Positions 26,381 through 38,400 of a stretch of DNA of 64,000 bases are shown here, in pieces. The position numbers were made by a program, and so were the translations under genes. The number at the start of each line of letters is the position of its first letter. Position 1 is the stretch's first letter. The stretch comes from Balanoglossus misakiensis (lineage: Eukaryota > Animalia > Hemichordata), in the NCBI GenBank assembly GCA_040954595.2, contig CM082580.2:3648783-3712782 (forward strand), in the 5' to 3' direction. The notes below the pieces were generated by a model. The model searched no databases and was not told the origin of the DNA. It saw nothing but the letters and a program-made list of their open reading frames with translations.

Positions 26381-27696
26381 TTAAACAGAAAGAGTTTTGT
26401 AATCGGTGTGTGTAGTCACGAAGTTTAATGTTTGGAGCATCGATCGACCCTAGTTATTGAGCTGCGATCGTTGTTTTTGAGGGCGAAATCGTCGGTTGAA
26501 AAATTATTGCCGCCGTCCATGGCTTCCGAAGTTTCTCACCTTTATTTCTTATTTACGGGACGGTTGAATCGGGGTACCTGGCAGTGTGTGTCCGATGCCT
26601 GTGGGTATACCACTCGATCGCCCGTCTGTGTTTTATTTCTCTTTTCTCAGTGGCTGTTGTCACTTTTAATTTCTTTATTTAATGTAAAGCGCATTGAGAT
26701 AATTTATTATGTAATGCGCTATATAACAAATAAAGATGATGATCATGCGTGATATAGCACATTTCACGCCATATATGCACAGAGGGCGCAATCATGTACT
26801 CAAGCCGAGGTTGCGGTCGAAGGTCGCCCAATGGATTTCGTAGAACGTAAAGTCGCTGCGGGGGAGGGGGGGTTGTATGATTCACTGGAAATCCCCGCAC
26901 CCTTGAGTGAGCGTATTTATTCTTCGTTACACCAACCATTCGTATTACTCTTAGTGTCGTCATTGGACACAGATGTTCAAATCCCCGCATGAACATACAG
27001 TGTTAGCCACATCGACATCAACATTAAATTCTTGCAGGTAAGCATGTTTCAAAGTAAATGTACGTTCTCGGGATGTAACATTTGGTTGGTGTATTGCTTT
27101 CATATTTATTTACGTGTTAATTGCCATTGATGCGTGAACCGTATTAGTATTGTGTTGTCGCAGAATCTGACTGCATTAAAAATACCAATACAGTGTATTG
27201 GTAAACACTAAATTCACATAATTTGAAGCTACATATGATGAAATATGTTTGTTTTCTCTGGACTCTAAAGAGCCTTAGCGCTTCCCTTAAAACGGACAAC
27301 ACTGCTTTCGTTTTAAGATATAGGAAACAATACTGGCAAATATATCGGTGAGTCTGTATGTCTATCAATGAGGAAAAATTTAATGTATTACACTACAGAC
27401 TGGACGGACAGCCATGTTTATCAGTGGCCTGGAGAAATCATATTTGGCATCAATCTGATCTTTACATGGTTCGATTCCTGTCCGGGCCCGGGTAAAAGTG
27501 ATAACCGGAATTTTCGCACAGAGTGAAAACCAACAGAGACGGGAATCTTTCACTTTTGTTTTGTTTGTTTGTTTGTTTGTTGTTGTTTTGCGAAACCCAT
27601 CCACGCGGGAATAAAACAGATCCGTTGAAATATAGTAATGAGAATGACATCGAAAATGATCAATTTCCCAATTGTACAGCTTCAATCATCGGTTAA

Positions 27697-28491
27697 GATG
27701 GGTCCCTGGGATCTTTTTGCCCGTTGCTATGGGCCTTTATAGGACATTACACCCCGATTTGGACTAAGCCGTTTTCAGAGTCTAACAAGGGGCTGGTAAC
27801 TAGTTGAAAATCTGCACGATTGTGAGCGCGCGCCCCCTGACGCCATTGATATGCAAATTAGTTAGGTCAAATTTCAAAAGCCTAAGGCTTTTTATTCCGT
27901 GACCTCAAAAACGAACTTGATATGTATTCATTAGTTGCTTGAACCAGGGAAGATCGTGACGGATTTTGTTTTCGAATATTATCGTTGTATCCTACGATTT
28001 CAGCATACCCGTACCACACCTGAAAAAGTCATCGATTTTGGGTGTTTTTGGACGCACTCTTCCACTGGTATCGCTTCTTAGCACGACGAAAACCGAAAAA
28101 ACGATCCGTCACACTATGCGGAAGTGCGTTCTCAACAAGCAGGTCAAATTTGGCTGGCCTACGTCGCCTATGAAAAAAGCCTTAGGGATTTTCGTGAACG
28201 GTACAAAATCTCTGTGTACAAAACATTGGATTTTTAGCGTTCGATCCAGTTACTGTGGTTACAGGACGCGCACGCTCTCGCTGACCGCTGCTTTGCCGTA
28301 TTAGCGTGGCGGCCTATGGCCGGGCGGTAGCTGCCGTAACCATACTCGGACAGTGGGTGTGCACACAATCGTGCGTATTTTTAACTAGTTACAAGCCCCT
28401 TGTCGGACGTTCATAACGGTTTCGATCAAAATTGAGTGTAGTGTCCTATAAAGGCCCATAGCAACGAGCAAAAAGATCCCAGGGACCCATC
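27697..28491. mobile_element. TTAA-targeting (Kolobok-type) non-autonomous transposon
   Basis: TTAA|GATGGGTCCCTGGGATCTTTTTGC ... GCAAAAAGATCCCAGGGACCCATC|TTAA. The empty site CATCGGTTAACTTTG is present in duplicate copy 2 (~32307). Confidence 0.92.
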
Positions 28492-28759
28492 TTAACTTTG
28501 ACGCAATTATCTGGCCGTACTCCCTATCATGCTACGGTTGAGATACGGGCCAGCACGTCACCTAAAATAAGCTTCTGGCGACGTGTTGATTTTTATTTGA
28601 TAAGTAATTATTTTTAAACCTCATATCGATTGATGGAGAAATCTCTGGTAACAGAAATACACATATTTGCTGACTGGGGGCGGGCGTCTTCATGAATTAC
28701 CAGCTTTCGTTTTTGCGTGAACATAGGCCTATGGGGGGGGGGGGAATAAATAATTACCT

Positions 28760-28769
28760 GGGATTTCCC
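28760..28769 (+). promoter_or_regulatory. NF-kB consensus site (duplicated at 32573-32582; related site at 26887-26896)
   Basis: GGGATTTCCC is an exact GGGRNWYYCC match. GGAAATCCCC at 26887 is the reverse complement of GGGGATTTCC. Motif match only. Confidence 0.45.
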
Positions 28770-29920
28770 ATAAGCCGGGTGCGCAATATTCGCCGAATTT
28801 AAATCAGCTGATTGAATATATAGGCTTGTTTGTCTCGGTTTACACATTTGGTCGGCACGTCGTCTGAACAGATCTGTCAAGACAATTAAAACATTCGAGC
28901 TGTTTCACGATTTCGCCAGTCAACGGCCGCCGGTGTTCAGCGTCTACTGCCACAGGTAAGCGCTACACACGACCTTGATACAACACGGGTCTTGTAACTT
29001 CTGTTGACTTCCGTAATTTTGACAGCAGCGCGCACAAATTTATTCCTAATCGGTGACGCAAATATAAGAAATCCATTTTGAGGGTGTAAGCAAAGAAATA
29101 TGCAGACAAGTGAGCAAAGAAAATACAGTTGTTGTGGCGAGCATAAAATTAGTTGGACCTTTGAACGACGACATGGTGAACTCCTAATGTCGATGGGCGA
29201 CATAAATCCAGTAAATATTACACCCAGCACGTACCGTCCTAGGTGTGGAACACAGCTGGTATCACCCTGGTAGCATTGCTGAGAAGTAGCCAGGATGTAA
29301 ATCGATATCATTAATTTGTTTGGAAGTTTGTACCTTTGCGTATGTCCCCCTAAGCCTATTGTTCTCATTTGCAAAAGCCAGAGTTGTCGTGGTTTTGCCG
29401 TGAAATGACGTTAGTAAGATTTAGTTTAGGCTTTAAGAAATGAATGAGTGAAATGCAGAAATAATAATTGAGGTAAAGACGGTTGTGCAATACTTGCTGT
29501 TGCTAAAGCCAAAATGGCAAGTGATAATTGTCAAAATTCTGTTAGCGGAATTTGCATGTACCCATTGTACGTTTGTCAAGGGGCTTTCATTTGGCATTAC
29601 CAGGAACTGGTAGTCACCATTAAAATTAGGGCGATGTGTTGATTATAACACAAGTGCAGTTCGTGAAAACTCTTATCAATCAATATAAAATATGAGCACG
29701 TGATTTTATTAAATCACCCACTGGAAAAACCCGGTTTGACCATGCTAAAATATGATGAAGTGCCGATTTTGTTTTCGATAAGACATTACTTGCTGAACAA
29801 TCTCTCTACTCCCCCTCTACTCAGCTACCAAGTATATCAGTTTCTAATAATAATACAAACACATATAAGGGGCTCGGGGGAGGCTCGCCTATCGACCGAC
29901 GGGTTTCTAGACTCATGAAC

Positions 29921-29936
29921 GCTGCCCTCTAGTGGC
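29921..29936 (-). promoter_or_regulatory. CTCF consensus site (adjacent CCAAT box)
   Basis: Reverse complement GCCACTAGAGGGCAGC matches the CTCF core CCASYAGRKGGCRS. GACCAATCAG follows at ~29947. Motif match only. Confidence 0.45.
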
Positions 29937-31323
29937 TACTAAATTGACCAATCAGAGTGCGGCATTCTGGAAATTAACAGCTCACTCATATGCGCGTCTT
30001 GTCGTCAGTAAAGGCTCGAATAACCCCGTTCCTGAACAGAATATGACCATAGAAATAAAACACGATCACAAATTTAGAAAGTTACATTATGTGTGAAACA
30101 CCAGACATTTTTTTCCGTGTGATACTACATCTGTGTTTATTTTACGGAGAGTTGAAATTGATATACCCAATCTGAAAGTAGGACCTTAAAAAGTTAATTA
30201 GCTGTGTTTTGAGTTTTTCTTCATCATAACAGTTTGAAAATGTAAAAGCGCCTCTGAGTGCCTCTTTCTAAAACCCCTTACGACCGTATTGAATTCCGCG
30301 CCCGATAGTCAGTAGTATTTCTGCGACTCCCATAGACAACGTGTTTGGCACACGGGCATTACAGTGTACGCTGCTCGAGTTGACAGATACAAACAGGCGC
30401 AAATTATTTTGCCTACGCAATTTTCCAAGAATCGTGATCAAGTATCTTACAAAATACCCAGCGTTAGATAAAGCTGTGCTATAGCAAACAAGGTCGCCCT
30501 GGAGTGGGCCGCTCAGAAGTAGCAGTACACGTACACTGAGTGTGTGGATGGGAGACATCGCCGTAAGACACACCACCGGCGGCCTGCCGGCCCACACTGA
30601 GCTGCAATGCTCTTGGCTCTTAGCCGTCCCTCTCGGTAACGAGTCGTTACGGCACTTAATGCGGGAGTCAATGTAACCCCCCCCCCCTCGGGGTATAGTG
30701 GGGGATTTGGAAATTGGCCTTGTGAAATCTGTGAAATGCCCCACCCCTGGGGCAAAACAATCTGGAAAATCCCCACCTAATACAAGTTAATCCCCACATT
30801 TTCCCCACCCCCATGGGTGGTGCATTCATAAATTCCGGATATTTATATCAAAACAACCTGCATAAATACTAGTCCATGTCCAACTTTAGAACATATTGTC
30901 ATCTAAAGTAGGCCAAGTGAGAATCTCACCAAAAATGTCTATCACAATCAATACAAATAGATCCAGGAAACTAATATTTTTTGCATTTGTTTTTCAGCCA
31001 CTTTTACTTTGAATTCAGAAAAATATTGAGGTGCCACTCTCACCTAATTCACCTTTTTGGGGGCTAGAATTTACAATATGTTTCAGTCTCGTTCTTTACA
31101 TGTTGTCAGGCATGATTAGATGAAAGCAGAAGATGTTTCACACAAGACATGCCACCTCACAAGAGACACGATGTCCAATCCTCTGTTTTGTACTCTCGCA
31201 CTCACATAACATGCACAGTGGCACATCCTACAGGAGTCAGGAGTATTAGACTACAGACTGGACGGACAGCCATGTTTATCAGTGGCCTGGAGAAATCATA
31301 TTTGGCATCAATCTGATCTCTAA

Positions 31324-32063
31324 GGTGGCATTGCATGAAAAGTTGTGATTTTTGCCAAATTTTACTTTTTTACATAAATCGGTAGGCCTAATACTGACCC
31401 ATATCCTGACTAATACGTCTTGGCGGAAATGGTGCATAATCACCCCAAAAATAGCACTTTTCTGAATGAGTCCACAGCTTAACAAATAGTTGTCAACAAT
31501 GCAAATGGCCGTTTTTCTCAGTTTGCATTTTCGCTGCTCTTGACAACTTCAGAAGAATTTAGCTTCGCTCTGCGTTGGCCGAATTTGCTCAAATTTTAAC
31601 AGGGGGTTGTGCATGACCCATCCAACAAAACGGTAATTTTGTTAGTCGATAAAGTGTCCCTGATGGCGGGAATAAACTCTGATTCAATACAACTCACCGT
31701 GAATTTGATCAAATTTTACTAAAAATCTAACTTTCAAAAACGCTGTTACTCCTCAATGGAAGCAGATAACGCAAAACAAAATTACCGTTTTCTTGCACGT
31801 GTACTCTAGTTTCGAGTGACATATTAAGATGCATGATGCATGGTCAACTTTTTTACCTAATTTAAATTTAATGACATAATATCAAAAAATGTTTTTTGTA
31901 ACCCAAAATCACCACCATTTCCGGGGATCAATAATATATGCAACTCAAACAAAAGTTCAAAAACTCAGCTTCCAGAATATATATGGTTTATGGGGATTTT
32001 AACGTTGTCTTTGATGAGAAATAGGCCTCTGAAAAAGTCTCGACGGTTTCATGCAATGCCACC
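31324..32063. mobile_element. TTAA-targeting (Kolobok-type) non-autonomous transposon
   Basis: (C)TAA|GGTGGCATTGCATGAAA ... TTTCATGCAATGCCACC|TTAA. Absent from copy 1 (ATCTGATCTTTACATGGTTCG at ~27455). Confidence 0.85.
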
Positions 32064-33169
32064 TTAAATGGTTCGATTCCTTTCCGGGTAAAAGTGATAC
32101 CAGGAATTTTCGCACAGAGTGAAAACCAACAGAGACGGGAATCTTTCACTTTTGTTTTGTTTGTTTGTTTGTTTGTTTGTTTGTTTGTTGTTTTTGTTTT
32201 GCGAAACCCATCCGGCACGCGGGAATAAAACAGATCCGTTGAAATATAGTAATGAGAATGACATCGAAAATGATCAATTTCCCAATTGTACAGCTTCAAT
32301 CATCGGTTAACTTTGATGCAATTATCTGGCCGTATTCCCTATCATGCTACGGTTGAGATACGGGCCAGCACGTCACCTAAAATAAGCTTCTGGCGACGTG
32401 TTGGTTTTTATTTGATAAGTAATTATTTTTAAACCTCATATCGATTGATGGAGAAATCTCTGGTAACAGAAATACACATATTTGCTGACTGGGGGCGGGC
32501 GTCTTCATGAATTACCAGCTTTCGTTTTTGCGTGAACATAGGCCTATGGGGGGGGGGAATAAATAATTACCTGGGATTTCCCAGAAGCCGGGTGTGCTAT
32601 ATTCGCCGAATTTTTATCAGGGGCTTGTTTGTCTTGGTTACACATTCGGTCAGCACTTTATCAGAACAGAACTGTCAAGACAGTTACAGCATTCGAGCTA
32701 CTGCACGATTTCGCTAGTCAACTGCTGTATTTCCGCGCCGGTGTTCAGCGTCCACTGCCACAGGTAAGCGCCGCATATGACCTTGATACAAAACGGGACT
32801 CGTAATTTCTGTAGACTTCCGTAATTTTGACAGCAGCGCGCACAAATTTATTCCCTGTCGGTGACGCGAAAATAAGACATCCATTTTGAGGGTGTTAGCA
32901 AAAAAATATGCAGACAAATGAGCAAAGAAAATACAGTTGTCGTGGCGAGCATAAAATTATTTTTGACCTTTGAATGACGTCATGGTGAACTCCTAATGTC
33001 GATGACCGACATTACTCCAGTAAATAATACAATACACCCAGCACGTATCGTCCTAGGTGTGGAACACAGCTGGTATAACCCTGGTAGCATTGCTGAGAAG
33101 CTAGCCAGGATGTAAATCGACATCATTGATTTGTTTGGAAGTTTGTACCTTTGCGTAGGTCCCCCCTGA

Positions 33170-34649
33170 GGGAGCATTCGTTTTTTTTTCGTGTGTTTTT
33201 AATGGGGGTGGGCTTCACTTTTAAAAAGCAGTATTAAGGGGGTCTAAAAGTGTATAAAATAGAATACGAACATGTCTTAATTCTGTGTGATCAGGTAACT
33301 ACAAGTACACTTTTGATCACAAAAACAACATTTTAAGGCTGTGTCATGGCAATTTTATAACATATATCACTTTAAAAACTCTTTCAAAACTGGAAAATAG
33401 CTATATTCCGAAACATGGATATATAGAGTGTTAGTAAATTTCAGACTCCTGTTTGTTGAATTACATGTACAGTGTTGTTCAGTGGGTATGATTCAGTGTG
33501 GTTATTCATATGAACAGGTCGCGGTGTGTAATTAAAATACTGCTAAAATATGTTTCAAAGTTACAGCTACTGTGGATTTAAGGTAGAGTGTAATGTTTAA
33601 AACTGAATGTAATCCTGAAAGGAATCATGTCAGCAACAACAATGGTCAGTCTAAATATCGAGGCTGAGCTGACAAGCAGAATACTGAGTATTTAACAATA
33701 TGCTATGCGAAGCAGGAGAAGAAACTATAGCTGACTCACTGAACCAGCCTGCAATAAACTTTCAACGCATTTGACCAGTTATTCTAAAGTAAACTATGTC
33801 TGTTGTACCACATAGGTTTGACGAGTCAGCGTCGACGTCAGGTTTAGAAAGCCCAAGTGCATCTTTTGAACCAGTTTGGTGTGATTAATCACTTTGAGTA
33901 TCGAGTTCACTCAGGTCAATTGTTTGTTTTATACCACTGGGCACGTTTATCAATGTATTTGAAGTTGTACAAGCAATTTGGCTTCTGATGCATATAAAGA
34001 ACTTACATGGCAAATTAATACCATGGTGGCTGGGGCTGGTATACCGATAACAAAAGGTGGAATTCCACCATTATAATCTTGTTGTAAAGAGTCTCTACAT
34101 CATGGCGCTTCAGTGTTTTCACATTTCTCTGTCTAGCCTTTCTTTTATTTTTATTTTTTTTCGATCTGGCAGAGGTTTTCATTCTCAAAAATGAACGGCC
34201 GAAATGTCTCTTGATTTTTGTAGTAGATAAGAGAGTTACTTGTTGAGTTCCTTGCCATGTTCGAGTTCAACACGACACCTATTTGGGTACTCATTATTCA
34301 CGTGATAGTTGACTGAATAGTGGTTGCCGCGTTGCAACTCCACCCTACTGTCATGGCTTCACACAGTAAAATGCACTGTTCCACCTCCTTAAGTTTCACA
34401 ATGACGGACTTCAATCTCTCTGCATTCTGAGTTATAACCACTGTAGAATGTGGGATAAATTTGCCTCCTCCAAGCAGTGACGAATATACACCCATAACTG
34501 ACTAAGTTTGATAAGTTTAATCCGTTGGATACTTTTTAGCGGGGGTCACATTTTAGAAAAGTAATTTCGAGGGAGGGGAGCCTTTTACATTTGGTCCATG
34601 ACTCAAATTCCAGCTACCCCCACCCTCACTGTAAAAAACGAATGCTCGC
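33170..34649. mobile_element. PIF/Harbinger-type non-autonomous element (~1.5 kb)
   Basis: TGA|GGGAGCATTCGTTTTTT ... AAAAAACGAATGCTCGC|TAA. Empty site CCCCTAAGCCTA at ~29351 in copy 1. Confidence 0.8.
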
Positions 34650-35441
34650 TAAGCCTAGATTGTTCTCATTTGCAAAAGCCAGAGTTCAAGCGATGTCGTG
34701 GTTTTGCCGTGTAGCCTACACAATAAAATGTAGGTCACGAGGAAATGACGTTTGTAAGATTTAGTTTAGGCTTTAAGAAATGAATGAGAGAAATGCAGAA
34801 ATAATAATTGAGGTAAAGACGGTTGTGCAATACTTGCTGTAGCTAAAGCCAAAATGGCAAGTGATAATTGTCAAAATTCTGCTAGCGGAATTTGCATGTA
34901 CCCATTGTACGTTTGTCAAGGGGCTTTTATTTGGCATTACCAGGAACTGATCAGTCACCATTCAAACTAAGGCGATTTATGTATTGATTATTACATTGAA
35001 ATCTGAGGCCAGTCCAACAGTCCTGGGTCACAATGAGATCCTTTCGTCTTGTCCAGATCGTGAATTCAGATTAAATGCTTTTTGCGCATTAATGAACGGA
35101 GATTACTAATATCACCAGCTATACACCACAGCCACCATCACAATCATTTCAAATTGGTTCATGGTTCGATGTAAACCTAAACGTTTATGCCTGAAGTGAC
35201 AATACGTGAGAAACAAATTTAAACTTTCGCCTGTGACCCCTAAAAAGCACTTCCACTCTCACGCTGTTCATATTGTCCATTTAGGCGTTCTGTGCTAGTC
35301 AGATGAGGAAGACAGTTCTATCAGCCCACGACATATACTGTGAATACAATGCCTGAAAACAGATGAACGACTCACCAAGTTAAGCAGTGTTTCTGACGGA
35401 CAGCGATCATACTGTATATCGTGTTTCCGAAGAGACTAAAA

Positions 35442-38400
35442 ATGGATTCTGGGGATAGTTCTGACGAAAGTTGTGAACCAGAACAGACTGGTAAGTCATA
35501 TTACAAAACGATGAACCGGTATGGTAACTTAGATGTAATACAACACAGTAAATGCTAATTTTAACCCCTTCACCCCACTTCTCTCTATAGAGGTCCAACT
35601 TAACCATAGAAAGCAATGGATTTAGACCAAACCAGGGCGGTGAAAGGGATAACAGATAACCTTAAGTGTCCCATGTTATGTTGATTGTTACTCCTAAACA
35701 TTAAGCAAATATTGACGTTCGTTAAGCTCGAGAGAAAGTTTATCACAATCGATGAATTATGGAGAGTTCCGAAAGACTATATAAAACGTTTTCCTGCTTC
35801 CCAGGTACTTGATTCCTTGGAGAGCAATGTCATCATCTGAAAGCTTTTGCACATTTTTTTTAGAATTCGTATTTAGTTTGAGAGCTTGAGAGGGCAGAAT
35901 GAATCGCCATAACATTAAGGGACCATCTCAGATTGTCTCATAATTTCAACAGAAGTTCAACAAACGGCATTTGATCGTTTGGATCTAAACCCCATCCATG
36001 CAAAGCAACGGTTGCTAAAGATTGTTGTCAAAATCAATAAATCGATCAACATGCAAAATTTCATGATTTTTTTTTGCATCAGAAAGAATACAGATCCATA
36101 TAATATACAATTCGATTAAAAACGCAGGTTTTTATCGCCCCACTGGCCAGTGACGTCACATGCTAACCGATGTCACGTCTATAGGGCTACAAAACTGCTC
36201 CAACTTTTTTTAAAGAAATGTCAGAGTTTAACACACGCGATAATTATTCAGAGCCCTCGCGTGGATGGGGTATCTATTCAAGTATACAAACGATTTTTGG
36301 GTGTCACGTGGGATTTTTGAGAAAAGTATGTTCAAATTTTCCGTGGATGGCACACGCAAAGAAAACAAGTGCGCCACCATACGGTGATTCGAAGACTTAG
36401 ACACGCCCCTTTGATCATATATAACTGTAGACAGGCGATTCTGTCGATGAAGACACGTACGTGAATCCCCAGCAAGGAGAAAGTGATATGCATGAAACAG
36501 ATGGACAAATAAATACAGATCCTGAGGACAATCTACAGTCAGAAACGCCTCGACATGATGTTCAAAATAATGCAAATAACGCTGCAAATAGTGAAATCAC
36601 CGACACGACTTCTACAGGTGAATGTGGAGAATCTGGGAATGGAGACGAACATTCCAACGCTGATGGCGCCATAACATTACACCCGCTGAATAGAAAAGAT
36701 GGTACTTCCAGCGAGAATGAAGATATCAATTTACACGATACTATAAAATATGAAAATGAAGTGAGTAATACTAATGTGCCTTGATATAAAAATGCTGCAA
36801 CAGTTGTGTTGCTGCTATAACACTGTACACACAATATTCTACTTTTTCATTTACATGTAGTCTTGTGCCGGTAACAGGTCCAGTCTTACTACATATGCCA
36901 TAGATTTTCGCTACTTATAGGTGAATGATAAAAATCTCGTATGACGACATAATTACAAGACAGTAGATGGAAGTTCATAACCGAAAGTAACGTTGGGTCG
37001 TACTGAAACTCTGAGGGAGAAAAAATAAAATGTAACGAGTTCTGTATTCGAACTACAAAGATAGATTTTTTTGGACAAAAGGAATTAAAGAAAAACATCG
37101 AACTTCACACTCTTCAGCCTTCTAGGATGAGTTGTCAACATTTCAACCACAATGGAATTATTGTGTGATTTGATCAATAACATGAAGTTAAAGCTATTAG
37201 GGTAGCGATAATTTTTCCCCACTCGGTTACAGAAATGTAAAAATTTCTTCATCGGCTTTGTTGTTGATTGGAAGGCAAGCGGATCATGTACTGAAAATGG
37301 TAAAGAGGGTCATTTCTTTCAGAAGCCTAAAAGTGTTGATCAGAATCAGAAGCCTCAGAAACCGTCACAAAAGCAGAGGTGAGTACTTTCCTTTGTCAAT
37401 TTGTGTATGCTTGTATGTAGGGGGGGGGGCAGTAGACTCTGCCCAGTCGCAAGTTTCTTTCTATGACCGTGTTGATTTCAAAGTTTATGTTAATGTGTTA
37501 ATTTTTCTTTCTTTAGATGGTCGTTATGAGCTGGAATTGTAAAAAGTTAATTTATGAACCCCTCCACTTCCTCTGCCAACCACTTTGATAATAAGCTTAC
37601 TCAAAGAGTCGTTGTCAGACTCAGGCATGTTTCGCTATAGCGCGTTTGCAATAACTTCCCAACATCACTGTAAGTTGTATAGTAATGGAGTGTGATGTCG
37701 TCCTGGCTTTGTCACACGAGTTGATGCGTCTGTTTGAATTTGTCTTTCAGAAAGCATCAGAAAAAAGCTGCAGCCACTGCATCTGCACAAGGCGGAAAAG
37801 CACAGCAAAAAGCGAGGCACCAAAATGTCAAGATGATGAAAATAATATTTACTGTTCTGGTATCGCCCGATTTCAAATATAACCCGAAGAAGCACACCGT
37901 GGTTATAAGAGGTGAAGGCCCAGTGTTTGGGGAAATGGGTTGGGAAGAGCCAAAGGGAGGAGTAACCCTAGAGCCTAAAAGGTAACATTTAAAATCGAAA
38001 TTTTACAAGTGTAAAGAAAACATTTAGCATGATTTAGCATTAATGGATATCGGGTAACATTTAACAATAGTTTTCTTCTTGTGTTTAATTGTGTGGTGTT
38101 TTAATGGTTTTAATTTATAAAGTGGTGTTATGCTGTGAAGTATTGTTGTAGTCACCGGTGTCTATACTTGGTATAACATAGGAACAAGTAACTAATTGTA
38201 CTATTCAATGTAGAAGCGATATCTTGCCCGTGTACAGTATCACCAGTCGTCGAAATTTGAGTAAAATCGCCCTCTTAACGACTTTCGTGCACACGCTGTT
38301 GAAATCATTGTAGCTGCAAAAACCTATACGCTTTAGCTTTGGTGTGAAGACTAATGGCGAGACTGTGGGACTGTATGTGTGGATAACCCTGTGGGGTCAC

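Larger units (their letters stand above)
27392..29645 (+). repeat. Segmental duplication, copy 1 (~1.45-kb core + one insertion)
   Basis: Colinear, high-identity match to 31251-34990, starting at CTACAGACTGGACGGACAGCC. Confidence 0.92.
31251..34990 (+). repeat. Segmental duplication, copy 2 (core + two insertions)
   Basis: Matches 27392-29645 once 31324-32063 and 33170-34649 are removed. Confidence 0.92.

Noticed and set aside
26432-26752. ORF with strong Kozak ATG (MASEVSHL...) as the RNF213 first coding exon
   Set aside because: No convincing in-phase donor and no RNF213 similarity. The exon holding ATG 35442 has an in-frame upstream stop.
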